Positions 51,339 to 64,000 of a DNA stretch of 64,000 nt are shown here, in pieces. A program made the position numbers and the translations under genes. The stretch covers positions 1,712,050 to 1,776,049 of the forward strand of contig CAVZYA010000002.1 in the NCBI GenBank assembly GCA_963779415.1. The letters are read 5' to 3'. The DNA is from an uncultured Acidobacteriota bacterium. GTDB taxonomy: Bacteria > Acidobacteriota > Thermoanaerobaculia > UBA5066. How positions within the stretch are numbered: the stretch's first letter is position 1; the number at the start of each line of letters is the position of its first letter. The notes under the pieces were generated by a model. That model made no database searches, was not told the origin of the DNA, and saw nothing but the letters and a program-made list of their open reading frames with translations.

Positions 51339-53706
51339 ATGGACGTCGAACGCGCGTCCCGCTACCGCGTGATCCGGCCGCTCGGCTCCGGCGGGATGAG
51401 CGAGGTCTTTCTCGCGGAGGACCGGGACCTCCACCGGCCTGTGGCGCTGAAGGTCCTGAAGGAGTGCGCCGGGGGAGACGCGGGCCGGCTCCGGCTTCTC
51501 CGCGAGGCGCGGCTCGCCTCCCAGCTCTCGCATCCGGCGATCGGCGTCATCTACGAGGTGTCCGAGATGGAGAAGGACGGGAAGCGGCTCCCGTTCATCG
51601 CCCTGGAGTACGTCGAAGGAGAGACGCTCAAGGCCTACGTCGAGCGGAGCGCCTCTCCGCTCCCGCAGATCCTCGAGCTGGTGCGGCAGGTGGCCGAGGC
51701 GCTCGGAACGGCGCACGAGCGCGGCGTGATCCACCGGGACGTGAAGCCGTCGAACGTGATGGTCACGTCGGAAGGGCGCGTGAAAGTGCTCGACTTCGGC
51801 CTCGCGGCATACGTCCCGCCGGCCGGAAGCTCCGACGACACCTGGAGCGTCTTCGCGAGCGGCGCGGGAGCCCCTGCCGGGTCGCTCCTCGGCACGATCG
51901 CCTACATGTCTCCCGAGCAGGCCCTCGGCCGCGAAGTGGACGGCCGAAGCGACGTCTTCTCGCTCGGCGTCGTCCTCTGGGAGCTCGTGACGGGCGAGCT
52001 TCCGTTCCGGGGCGCCAACGCCGTGGAGGTGATCGAGGCGATCCGGCACGCGGAGCCGGCGGCGCCGGAGCATGAGAAGCCCGTCCCCGCCCATCTCGGA
52101 AGCCTCCTGAAACGGATGCTCGCGAAGGAGCCGGCAGATCGCCCCGCGACGATGCGTGAGGTGGGCCGGGAGATCGAGGCCCTCGAGCGAGGGATCCGGG
52201 ACGGGACGGAAGCGCCGGCGCTCCCCGTCGCGCGGGGACCGGGGCGGTCGATCGCCGTCGTAGCCTTCGAGAACATCACGAAGAACCCGGAGGACGACTG
52301 GCTGGGCACCGGGATCGCCGAGACCGCTTCGGCCGACCTGCGGGCGATCGAGGGCGTCACGGTGATCGCCCGCGAGCGGGTCAACGAGATCGTCCGGAAG
52401 CTGACGGGGGGCACGGACGCGCCCGAGGCGGACCTCGCCGCGCGCATCGGGCGCGAGCTCGAGGCGCGCTGGGTCGTGAGCGGCGGCCTCCAGCGGGTCG
52501 GCGAGACGGTCCGCGTCACGGCACGGCTGACCGAGTCCGCAACCGGCGCCGTTCTCCGGACGGTGAAGCTCGACGGGACCATGGCCGGCCTCTTCTCCCT
52601 GCAGGACCGCGTCGTGGGGGAGCTGACGGCGGGGCTGGACCTGGCTCCCCGTCCCGGAGCGGCCGAGGGGGACGAAACCCACGTCCTGGAAGCCTACGAG
52701 GCGCTCTCGAAGGGGGTCGTCAACCTTCGCGCCGAAAGTCCGGAAGCCCTCGACCGCGCCATCCTTCTCTTCGAACGGGCGGTGGCCTTCGATCCCGGAT
52801 ACGCGCGGGCGTGGACGGAGCTGGGGAGCGCCTACGACCTGAAGGCCTCGTATCTGAGCCTCCACGAGCTGACCGAGCGGGCCATTGCGGCGTTCCGGAA
52901 GGCCCTCGAGCGGAATCCACGCCTGACACGCGCCCGGCGGGAGCTGGGAATCAATCTCATCGACAGCGGCCGGGTCGAGGAGGGGGTCGCCGAAGTCCGG
53001 AGGGCGCTCGAGCTGGATCCGGAGGATGCCGGCGCCCATCACTCCCTCGGGCGGGCGTACTTCGTCGGGCTCGGCCGATTCGCCGAAGCGGCGGCCCAGT
53101 TCGACCGGGCCCTCGAGCTGAACCCGCGGTACGGATGGGCGGCGCTCCAGCTCGCGCACTGCGCGGCGCTTCTCGGCGACTACCCGAGGGCGGAACGCGC
53201 CGCCCGGCGGGCCGATCGAGCTGCAGGAGGCCTTCCTGTCGGGGCGCGAGGGAGCCCTCATCGTCGGCGGCCACACTCGAAGCGGTCAGATCGCAGCGCT
53301 TCAGGGGCGGCACGAGGAAGCCCTCGCGGAGTTCGACCGGGAGCTGGCGTTCCTGCAGCACTACGGCCACGCCCTGAAGGAGCGGCACTTCGTGGAGCTT
53401 CAGCTCCGGATCGGAAGCTCGTGTCTCCGGCTGGGGCGTCGCGAGGAAGGAACGGCGGCCCTCGAGGCGGCGCTCGAGGCCTTCGGCCGGCGGCTCGGAA
53501 TGGGGGCGGACGACCCCTTCACCCGCTACTACGCGGCCTGCGCCTCCGCGCTCCTCGGGCGGGCCGACGAGGCGCTCGCCCATCTCGAGAAGGCGATGGC
53601 GAAGCGGCCGGCCTTTACCGCCGCGCGCGCCGCGGTCGAGCCCGACCTTTCCTCGCTCGCCTCCGACCCGCGCTTCCGGGAGCTTCTCGTCCGGACGCCG
53701 ACATAG
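51339..53706 (+). CDS. Ser/Thr kinase with TolB-N-like and TPR domains (frameshift near 53210)
   Basis: LGSGGMSEV, HRDVKPSN, DFG, GTIAYMSPEQ; SIAVVAFEN; TPR helices continue in ORF 53392..53706. Confidence 0.9.
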
Positions 53707-53724
53707 AATCCGCCGGGAGGGGAG

Positions 53725-54942
53725 ATGGACGTCCCGGCGCTCTTCGGATCCGCAACCTGGTCGCTCCTGAGAAACAAGCTGCGAAGCTCGCTCACGGTCC
53801 TCGGGATCACGATCGGGATTGCGGCCGTCATCGGCGTCGTGGCGATCGGCAAGGCGGGGCAGGCGCGCGTCGAGCAGCACCTCGCGAACCTCGGGGACAA
53901 CTTCGTCTGGATCGAGGCGGGAGGTCGCGCCGTGAACGGAGTGCGCACCGGGCCTCGGGGGACCAAGACGCTCGTCTACGCCGACGCCGTCGCGATCCGG
54001 AGCCAGATCCCGTTGATCAAGAGCGCCTCGGCGAACGTCGATTCCTCGGTCCAGGTCATCTACGGGAACCAGAACTGGTTCACGACGTATCGCGGCGTCG
54101 AGCCCGACTACTTCGACATCAAACGGTGGTCCATCGACCAGGGAGCGGCCTTCTCCCAGGACGACGTCGACCGCGCGGCCGACGTCTGCGTCATCGGCCG
54201 CACGATCCGGACCCAGCTCTTCGGCGTCGAGGAGCCGATCGGCAGGGTGATCCGGCTCAAGAGCCTCCCCTGCACGGTCGTCGCGACGCTCAGGCCGAAG
54301 GGGCTCTCTCTCTCCGGGCAGGACCAGGACGACACGATCATCCTGCCGTACACGACGGCGCAGAAGAAGCTCATGGGAGTGACGTGGCTGGACGACATAC
54401 TCTGCTCGGCCGTCTCCCAGGACGTCGTGAAGCTCGCGGGACAGCAGATCGGGGCGCTCCTTCGCGAGCGCCATCACCTGCGTCCCGAGGAGGAGGACGA
54501 CTTCAACATCCGGAACCCGGAGGACGTCATCCAGGCGCAGCTGGAGGCGAACCGGACGCTGACCCTCCTCCTCATCGCGATCGCGTCGATCTCGCTCGTC
54601 GTCGGAGGCATCGGGATCATGAACGTCATGCTCGTGTCGGTGACCGAACGGACGCGCGAGATCGGGGTGCGCGTGGCGGTGGGCGCGACAGAGGAGGAGA
54701 TCCAGCTCCAGTTCCTCGGGGAGTCGGTGCTCCTCAGCCTGGTCGGCGGGGCGGCGGGGGTGGTGGTCGGGATCGTCGGGTCCTTCGTCGCCGGGAAGGC
54801 TCTCGGATGGCCGATGAAGATGTCGGCCGAAGCCGTCCTCCTCGCGGCTCTCTTCTCGATTGCCGTCGGCGTCTTTTTCGGGTACTACCCGGCTCGCAAG
54901 GCCTCCCGGCTCGATCCGATCGAGGCCCTGCGCTATGAGTAA
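53725..54942 (+). CDS. MacB-like ABC transporter permease
   Basis: RNKLRSSLTVLGITIG, VGGIGIMNVMLVSVTERTREIG, YPARKASRLDPIEALRYE. Confidence 0.93.
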   Translation: MDVPALFGSATWSLLRNKLRSSLTVLGITIGIAAVIGVVAIGKAGQARVEQHLANLGDNFVWIEAGGRAVNGVRTGPRGTKTLVYADAVAIRSQIPLIKSASANVDSSVQVIYGNQNWFTTYRGVEPDYFDIKRWSIDQGAAFSQDDVDRAADVCVIGRTIRTQLFGVEEPIGRVIRLKSLPCTVVATLRPKGLSLSGQDQDDTIILPYTTAQKKLMGVTWLDDILCSAVSQDVVKLAGQQIGALLRERHHLRPEEEDDFNIRNPEDVIQAQLEANRTLTLLLIAIASISLVVGGIGIMNVMLVSVTERTREIGVRVAVGATEEEIQLQFLGESVLLSLVGGAAGVVVGIVGSFVAGKALGWPMKMSAEAVLLAALFSIAVGVFFGYYPARKASRLDPIEALRYE

Positions 54943-56307
54943 GGTCGTCGAAACGGGAGGCGAGCTACCGGAAGGCCCGATGCCGGGCCGCCGAAAGGTC
55001 TGGATTCTGACGGCCGGCGTTCTCGCGCTGGCGGCGATCGTCGTCGTCACGCTCGCCAGCCGCGGCGACCGGCTCCGCCATCTCACCGCCAAGGTCCAGA
55101 AAGGGGAGATTCGCGACGTCGTGGACGCCACCGGCACGGTGAACGCGGTCATCACCGTGCAGGTCGGATCGCAGGTCTCCGGGACGATATCGAAGCTCTA
55201 CGCCGACTTCAACTCCCGCGTCCGGAAGGGCGACGTCGTCGCGCTGATCGACCCGCAGCTCTTCGAGGGGGCCCTCAAGCAGGCGACCGCCGACGAGGAG
55301 AACGCCCGGGCCAACGTCCTCGTCGCGGAGGCGAACCTGGCGAGGGCGAACGCGACGCTGGTGCAGGCGAAAGCCGATTTCGAGCGTGCGAAGGCGATGA
55401 CGGACCAGGGCGTCGGGACGCAGCAGGCGCTCGACCTCGCGAAGGCCAACTTCGAGAGCGCGAAGGCGTCGGTGGACGCCTCGGCCGCGAACGTCACGCA
55501 GGCGCGGGCGCAGGTCAGCCAGAAAGAGGCGGCCGTGGCGGTGGCCCGGACGAACCTCGAATACACCGTCATCCGCTCCCCGATCGACGGCATCGTCGTG
55601 GCTCGGAACGTAGACGTCGGCCAGACTGTCGCGGCGTCCCTTCAGGCGCCGACCATCTTCACCATCGCGCAGGACCTGACGAAGATGCTGGTCTACGCGA
55701 AGGTGGACGAGTCCGACGTGGGCCGGATCCGGATGCGGCAGCCGGTGACGTTCAAGGTCGACGCGTTCCCGAAGGATCTCTTCGACGGCGTCGTGAGCCA
55801 GGTCCGGATGAACCCGACGACGATACAGAACGTGGTCACCTACGACGCCGTCGTCGAGTTCCAGAACCCCGATCTCAAGCTCTTCCCCGGGATGACGGCC
55901 TACGTGACGATCCCCGTCGCGACGGCCGAGAACGTCGTCAAGATCCCGAACGCGGCCCTTCGCTACAAGCCTCCGCTCTCCGCGGCGGCCGTTCTCGCCC
56001 TCTATGCGAAGTACGGGATCGACGCGGCGCCGGCCTCCGGCGCGCCCCCCGCGGCGAGCCCGGGGCGCCCCCCGGCGCCGGGGGGAGCCGACGCCCGTCG
56101 CCCGGCGCGCGGGGAGAGCGTCGTCGTCTGGAAGCTCCTCGCCGACGACACGATCGAGCCGGTTCGGATCGCCCTCGGGATCACCGACCACACGTACACC
56201 GAAGTCGAGGGTCTCCTCGCGGGGACGCTCAAGCCGGGCGACGAGGTCGTCACGAGTTCCGTCATGTCGAAGTCCCTCCCCCCGGCGTGCAGGGAATCCG
56301 GCGTTGA
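54935..56307 (+). CDS. MacA-like periplasmic adaptor (indel near the 3' end)
   Basis: N-terminal TM, VGSQVSGTI, IRSPIDG, GQTVAASLQAP, KLFPGMTA; likely true end PGVQGIRR-stop at 56307. Confidence 0.9.
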
Positions 56308-57056
56308 CGGTTCCGAACGCGGAACCGGTCCTCCGCGTCGACCAGGTCCACAAGTACTACGCGATGGGCGAGACGCGGGTCCACGCGCTCCGGGGCGTGA
56401 GCCTTTCGGTCGAGCGCGGCGGATTCGTCGCCATCATGGGGGCGAGCGGCAGCGGCAAGTCGACCTTCATGAACATCCTCGGCTGTCTCGACAAGCCCAC
56501 CTCGGGGCGCTACTTCCTCGAGGGGATCGACGTCTCGGGCCTCGGGAAGCGGGAGCTTGCCGCGATCCGGAACCGTAAGCTCGGCTTCGTCTTCCAGGGG
56601 TTCAACCTCCTCCCCCGCACGACGGCGCTCGAGAACACGCAGCTTCCGACCCTCTACTCGAAGATCGAGAAGACGGAGCGCGCCGAGAGGGCCCGCGCCG
56701 CGCTCGCCCTCGTCGGTCTCGCGGAGCGCGCCGGCCACTTCCCCTCGCAGCTCTCCGGAGGGCAGCAGCAGCGGGTGGCGATCGCGCGCGCCCTCGTGAA
56801 CCGGCCATCCATCCTCCTGGCGGACGAGCCGACCGGAAACCTGGACAGCCGTACCGCGGTCGAGGTGATGGAGATCCTGCAGGAGCTGAACGATCGCGGG
56901 CTCACGATCGTCCTCGTCACCCACGAACACGACATCTCGCAGTTCGCGAGAAGGGTCGTCGTCTTTGCCGACGGGAGGATCCGGCGGGACGGGGCGGTGC
57001 CCGAGCCGCCGCGGGCGCGCGAGGTTCTGAAGACACTTCCGACGCTCGAGGACTGA
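56304..57056 (+). CDS. ABC transporter ATP-binding protein (LolD/MacB type)
   Basis: [32 protein letters not shown]. Confidence 0.93.
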   Translation: MTVPNAEPVLRVDQVHKYYAMGETRVHALRGVSLSVERGGFVAIMGASGSGKSTFMNILGCLDKPTSGRYFLEGIDVSGLGKRELAAIRNRKLGFVFQGFNLLPRTTALENTQLPTLYSKIEKTERAERARAALALVGLAERAGHFPSQLSGGQQQRVAIARALVNRPSILLADEPTGNLDSRTAVEVMEILQELNDRGLTIVLVTHEHDISQFARRVVVFADGRIRRDGAVPEPPRAREVLKTLPTLED

Positions 57057-57107
57057 CGGGCGGGGACGTTTGCTCCGCACGCGCCGGATCGTTGCTAGAG
57101 TCGCGGC

Positions 57108-59591
<2,484 letters not shown>

Positions 59592-59594
<3 letters not shown>

Positions 59595-59640
59595 AGGTTC
59601 GCGAAAAAGGGACGCCCGGGGGCGGAATGGTTCCTGCTTG
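59592..59640 (+). promoter_or_regulatory. Duplicated upstream element, copy 1 (TTCGCGAA palindrome + sigma54-like GG-N10-GC)
   Basis: TGAAGGTTCGCGAAAAAGGGACGCCCGGGGGCGGAATGGTTCCTGCTTG; GG 59624-25, GC 59636-37. Confidence 0.55.
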
Positions 59641-59660
59641 AAGGTGGGTGGGGGGATGTC

Positions 59661-60272
59661 ATGAAAATCCGCTCGACCCTTGTCACATCCGTCGCCGCGG
59701 GACTTCTCCTGTCGGGAGTCTCCTCGGCCGTCGATTCACCGGACGTGAGGCGCCTCGGAGCCTCGATCGCCCAATACCGGGACAAGGCGTTCCAGATGAC
59801 CGTGAGCTGGAGATACCCCCAGCTCTATCCGGGAGACCGCTGGACCTTCCTCGAGGCATGGATGATGCCGATCTCGGACAAGGGAGTCACGATCAACCGC
59901 GAGGACGTGTCGCTCTATCTTCCCGACGGGACGGAGATCCCCCTGGCGAGCCAGAGCCGGGTGAACGAGTCTCTTCCCGAGATCCGGCGCATCGCGAGGA
60001 TCGGCAACGAAGTCCGTGACCCGATCGCGGGATACTCCAATGTCCGCAACGGCACGGTCCGGATCGGGTTTCAGGACATCCGTGGGAGGTCCGTCGCGTT
60101 CGACGAGTGCGGCATTCCGCCGAACTGGGCGGCCGTCGGCGACCTCTTCTTCGAGAACCCGAAAGGGACGTGGGAGAAGGGGATCTACACCCTGTCCTTG
60201 AAGAACAAGGAGATCGACGTGAAGATCCCGATGGCAATCGGCATCACCGGCAAGCTCGAGCGGGTTAGCTAG
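59661..60272 (+). CDS. Secreted hypothetical protein, paralog A
   Basis: Signal peptide MKIRSTLVTSVAAGLLLSGVSSA; colinear with the next gene. Confidence 0.8.
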   Translation: MKIRSTLVTSVAAGLLLSGVSSAVDSPDVRRLGASIAQYRDKAFQMTVSWRYPQLYPGDRWTFLEAWMMPISDKGVTINREDVSLYLPDGTEIPLASQSRVNESLPEIRRIARIGNEVRDPIAGYSNVRNGTVRIGFQDIRGRSVAFDECGIPPNWAAVGDLFFENPKGTWEKGIYTLSLKNKEIDVKIPMAIGITGKLERVS

Positions 60273-60283
60273 TCTCCTCCGGG

Positions 60284-60333
60284 TGAAAGTTCGCGAAAGG
60301 GGACGCCCGGCGGGGCGGAATGGTTCATGCTTG
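60284..60333 (+). promoter_or_regulatory. Duplicated upstream element, copy 2
   Basis: TGAAAGTTCGCGAAAGGGGACGCCCGGCGGGGCGGAATGGTTCATGCTTG; GG 60317-18, GC 60329-30. Confidence 0.55.
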
Positions 60334-60353
60334 GGGCCGAAGGGGGGAGCGCC

Positions 60354-60962
60354 ATGAGAGTTCGTTCGATCCTCGTTGCCGCCGCCGCGGGACTTCTTCT
60401 TTCGGGTCTCTCTTTAGCCGTCGATTCACCGAACGTGAAGCGCCTTGGGGCCACCGTCGCCCAGTACAAGGACAAGGTGTTCCAGGTGGCGGTGAGCTGG
60501 AGGTACCCCCAGCTCCATCCGGAAGAGCGCTGGACCTTCTTTGAGACCTGGATGATGCCGATCGGGAAAGGGGGAGTCACGGTCAACCGCGAGGACGTAT
60601 CGCTCTTTCTCCCCGACGGGACCGAGCTTCCCCTTCCGAGCCAGAACAGGCTGAACACCGATTTTCCCGACATCCGGCGCGTCGCGACGGTCGGGGACGT
60701 GAATCGCGACCCGATGGAGGGGTATTTCAGGACCCGGGACGGGATTCTGCGGATCGGCTTCCAGGAGGTCCCCGGGACGTTCATCGCCTACAACGAGCGC
60801 GGCATGGCGCCGCACTTCGCGGCGTTCGGTGACCTCTACTTCGAAAACCCGAAGGGGAAATGGGAGAAGGGGATCTACACCTTCTCCGTGAAGAACAAGG
60901 AAGTCGACGCGAAGATCCCGATGGCGATCGGCATCACCGGCGACCTCGAGCGGGTCAAGTAG
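60354..60962 (+). CDS. Secreted hypothetical protein, paralog B
   Basis: MRVRSILVAAAAGLLLSGLSLA; shares VSWRYPQL, WMMPI, NREDVSL, GDLxFENPKG, KIPMAIGITG with paralog A. Confidence 0.8.
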   Translation: MRVRSILVAAAAGLLLSGLSLAVDSPNVKRLGATVAQYKDKVFQVAVSWRYPQLHPEERWTFFETWMMPIGKGGVTVNREDVSLFLPDGTELPLPSQNRLNTDFPDIRRVATVGDVNRDPMEGYFRTRDGILRIGFQEVPGTFIAYNERGMAPHFAAFGDLYFENPKGKWEKGIYTFSVKNKEVDAKIPMAIGITGDLERVK

Positions 60963-62009
60963 TCACTTCCAGCGGAAGATCTTCAGCGCGAGGACGAAGC
61001 TTCCGAGGCCCCAGGCCGCGAGGAGGGCGAGCTGCGGGAGGATCGCGGCGAGCCCGGCGCCGTCGTTCATGACGGCGCGGAGGGCGTCGTTGAGCGCCGT
61101 GAGCGGGAGCGCCCGGATGAGCGGGATCGCGCCGGCCGGAAAGCGCTCGTAGGAGAAGAAGACCCCCGAGAGGATCCACATCGGGAAGAGGACGAGGTTC
61201 GCGATTCCCGACACCCCCTCGATCGTGGTCGGGCGCGCGCCGACGAGGAGCCCGAGTCCGGCGAAGGAGAAAGCCCCGAGGAGGCAGAGAAACGAAAAGA
61301 GGAGCATCGAGCCGCGGACGCCGACGCCGAAGACAAGCCATCCGAAAGCGACGAGGACAGCGACCTCGAAGACGAGGAAGACGAAGCGCGAGAGCATCTG
61401 CGAGACGAGGTAGTCGCTCTTTCGCATCGGCGTCGCGAGAAAGCGCTTGAGGAGATTTCGCGTGCGCGCCGTGACGACCGAGAAGGCGAGGCTCCAGACC
61501 CCGGTCCCCATGATGTTCATCCCGAGAATCCCGGGAATCAGGAAGTCGATGTAGCGTCCCCCAGGTTCGGCCACCCGCTCCTCGGCGATCTCGAGGGGGT
61601 CACGGCGCCCGGCGGCGCGCTCGAGGGCGTCGGCGGCCTCGAGGCGGGCGGCTCGCGCGTCGGGACGCGTCGGATCGAGGCGGAAGACGAGCGGCGGCCC
61701 GGCGTCGACGAGGATCGAGATCCTTCCGGCGCGGAGCGCCTCTCGCCCGGCCTCCGGGGAGAGGAGCTTCGGCAGGAGGACGGGCGAACCGGAGAGAGCG
61801 GCGAAAGCCCCCTTCGCTCCCGGCCCTTCGGCCACGCCGACGGGAATCCGGTCGGGGGCCTTTTCACGGAAGGCGAAGCCGAGCGCGAGCGCGAGGAGGA
61901 CGGGAAAGACGAAGACCCAGAAGACCGCCTCGGGCTCCCGAAGGAACTGCTTCGTCCGGGCGACCGTCATTTCGATGAGAGGGCCGCGGATCCGACGGGT
62001 CCTAGCCAT
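60963..62009 (-). CDS. ABC-2 type transporter permease
   Basis: FLREPEAVFWVFVFP, RYIDFLIPGILG, LKRFLATP, LSGVFF, LPLTAL. Confidence 0.9.
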   Translation of the reverse strand: MARTRRIRGPLIEMTVARTKQFLREPEAVFWVFVFPVLLALALGFAFREKAPDRIPVGVAEGPGAKGAFAALSGSPVLLPKLLSPEAGREALRAGRISILVDAGPPLVFRLDPTRPDARAARLEAADALERAAGRRDPLEIAEERVAEPGGRYIDFLIPGILGMNIMGTGVWSLAFSVVTARTRNLLKRFLATPMRKSDYLVSQMLSRFVFLVFEVAVLVAFGWLVFGVGVRGSMLLFSFLCLLGAFSFAGLGLLVGARPTTIEGVSGIANLVLFPMWILSGVFFSYERFPAGAIPLIRALPLTALNDALRAVMNDGAGLAAILPQLALLAAWGLGSFVLALKIFRWK

Positions 62010-62941
62010 CGCGCAGCTCCCGCCCGGTCCTCGCGACGAAGAGGTCCTCGAGCGTGGCCCGGTGTGTCGAGAGGGAGACGAGGCGGGCGCCAGCCGCCTC
62101 GATCGCCGAGAAGAGCGCGGGTGTCGTCTCCGGAAGCGACGCCACCCCGAGGGCCCACAGAGGCCCGCGGCGGTGGACTTCGTGGACGCCCGGGAGCGCG
62201 CGGAGCGCGTCGACCGGAAGCTCCGGCTCCGTGCCGAACTCCACGATCTGGGGGGCGCGGAGGGTCGCGATCAGTTCGGCCGGCGTCCCGAGGGCGATCA
62301 CCTTTCCGTGGTCGACGATGGCGATCCGGTCGCAAAGCCGCTCCGCCTCGTCCATGTAGTGGGTCGTCAGGAGGATGGTCCCGCCGGCGGCTCGGAACGT
62401 CTGGATCTCGTCCCAGAGCTGCAGCCGGCTCTGGGGATCGAGCCCGGTCGTCGGCTCGTCGAGGAAGAGAAACTCGGGGTCGCCCACGAGCGCGCAGGCG
62501 ACCGCGAGCCGCTGCCTCTGCCCGCCCGAGAGCTTTCCGACCATCGCGCCGGCCTTCTCGGAAAGGGAGAGGCGCGAGATCAGCTCGTCCGGATCGTGCC
62601 CGCGCCGGAAGAAGGAGCGGAAGAGGACGAGCGTCTCCTCGACCGTCAGCTTGTCCGCGAGCTGCGTCTCCTGCAAGGAGACGCCGAGCCGCTCCCGGAG
62701 CGCCTGTTCGTCCGCGTCCCATCGCGCGCCGAGGACCGTCACCTCTCCGGCGTCGGGGCGCGTCAGCCCCTCGAGCATCTCGATCGTCGTCGTCTTCCCG
62801 GCGCCGTTCGGGCCGAGGAGGCCGAAGCACTCGCCGCGGCGGATCGTGAGGTCGAGCCCGTCGACGGCGACGACGTCGCCGAAGCGCTTGACGAGGCCCC
62901 GCGCCGCGAGGGCGGGCTCGTGGAGAACGAGTCTCGATCAT
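62002..62941 (-). CDS. ABC-2 type ATP-binding protein (indel near the start)
   Basis: GPNGAGKTT (manual), LSGGQRQR, FLDEPTTGLDPQSR, LTTHYMDEAE. Confidence 0.9.
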
Positions 62942-62979
62942 CGGGCGCCGGAGATCTTAAGGTACGGCCGGCCCCGGCT

Positions 62980-63478
62980 TCACTCCTGGAAGTCCAGGTC
63001 GCGCCCCGCCGTCTCGGCCATGCCCCAGAGGGAGACCAGGGCGCGGGAGATGCAGCGAGGCCCACCGTCCAGGCGCTCCCGACGTAGCCCAGAGGGCCCC
63101 GGAGCAGGGAGAAGCTGCCCGTGATCAGCGGGACGGCCCCCCGGACGAAGTTCGGAACCGTGGTGGGCCACCGTGGCACGGAGGTTCGTGCCGAACTGCT
63201 CCGCGGCGGCGTCATGCGACCAAGACGGCCCAGCAGCCCGCCATGAGGCCGAGGTACCCCGCCAGGAGGTAGAACGCCGCCGGGGTGAGCCCGCGCGCCG
63301 TGAGGTAGGTGGCGACGCCGGAGAGCGTCCCGAGGACGAACAGGAGAACGACCTTCTTACGGCTTCTCCAGGCCTGGCTGAGGATGCCGGAAGCGAAGCT
63401 CCCCAGCGTGATGCCGCTGTAGCAGAAGGCCACGGCGGTCCCCGCGGCCACGGGTCCCGTCACGCCGACCTTCGGGGC
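62980..63478 (-). pseudogene. C-terminal remnant of an MFS transporter
   Basis: AGTAVAFCYSGITLGSFASGILSQAWRSRKKV..., AAEQFGTNLRATV, TTVPNFVRGA; no N-terminal half before the kinase gene begins. Confidence 0.65.
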
Positions 63479-63599
63479 TAATATGGGGCGCGAACTTGAC
63501 TCGGGCATGTCTCGGCGTCGGGATGAGGAGATTCCCTCGCCGGGACGGAGCTCCAGGGGTTCGCGATAAGCTTCAAGGAAGAAGGCGGAGCAGATCGAG

Positions 63600-64000
63600 G
63601 TGGCGCTCTCCGCAGGCACACGGCTCGGCCCGTACGAGATCCTCGCTCCGCTCGGCGCGGGTGGAATGGGCGAGGTGTACCGGGCGCGCGATGAGAAGCT
63701 CGACCGGGATGTCGCGATCAAGGTGCTGCCCGAATCCGTGGCGGCCGATCGGGACGCGCTGGCGAGGTTCGAGCGGGAGGGCGAAGGCGGTCGCCGCGCT
63801 CTCTATCCCGAACATCCTCGCGATTCACGATTTGGAAACCACGCGGGCATGTCCTATGCCGTCATGGAGCTGCTGGAAGGCGAGACGCTGCGCGACAAGC
63901 TCGACGCCGGACCGATCCCGCAGACGCAGGCCGTGGACTACGCCCTCCAGATCGCCAGGGGCCTCTCCGCCGCACACGAAAAGGGAGTCATCCATCGCGA
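63600..64000 (+). CDS. Ser/Thr kinase, 5' part (runs off the right edge, frameshifts near 63780-63840)
   Basis: VALSAGTRLGPYEILAPLGAGGMGEVYRARDEKLDRDVAIKVLP...VMELLEGETLR...GLSAAHEKGVIHR. Confidence 0.9.
   Translation, partial: MALSAGTRLGPYEILAPLGAGGMGEVYRARDEKLDRDVAIKVLPESVAADRDALARFEREGEGGRRALYPEHPRDSRFGNHAGMSYAVMELLEGETLRDKLDAGPIPQTQAVDYALQIARGLSAAHEKGVIHR

Noticed and set aside
51339-54938. 1199-aa kinase ORF extending over the MacB-like gene
   Set aside because: After about 53210 the frame becomes Arg/Pro-rich nonsense, while the TPR sequence continues in another frame to 53706.

Overview
Very GC-rich bacterial chromosomal segment with no rRNA, tRNA, CRISPR array or recognisable mobile element. 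Gene style (several Hanks-type kinases, a YncE/phosphoesterase fusion, a kdp-linked porin) suggests Acidobacteriota; this is an inference. Many genes carry single-base frameshifts, densest at about 35.4-38.9 kb and 42-51 kb, which look like long-read consensus errors rather than decay. Left to right the window holds: a ccmABCDEF cytochrome c maturation operon with a CxxxY-type CcmE; a membrane-anchored 13-aa-repeat solenoid/Ser-Thr kinase; a VapBC pair; a three-gene DUF692 (MNIO) RiPP cluster whose precursor has a twin-arginine-like signal and four CxGxNxCKGxGGC modules (bufferin-like, the best candidate for an uncharacterised system); a compatible-solute island (SPS-SPP, sucrose synthase, fructokinase, a debranching-type glucosidase, GpgS/GpgP, a Ggs-like synthase and a channel-like TM protein); aceK-icd; a NarL-type two-component system; a kdp locus with split KdpD, a porin and two small peptides; lpdA; an AGPS-like/GlpD/FGGY triad; a MacAB-like exporter; two tandem paralogous secreted proteins with a duplicated sigma54-like upstream element; and an ABC-2 exporter. 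All calls come from reading motifs by eye; no database search was run.
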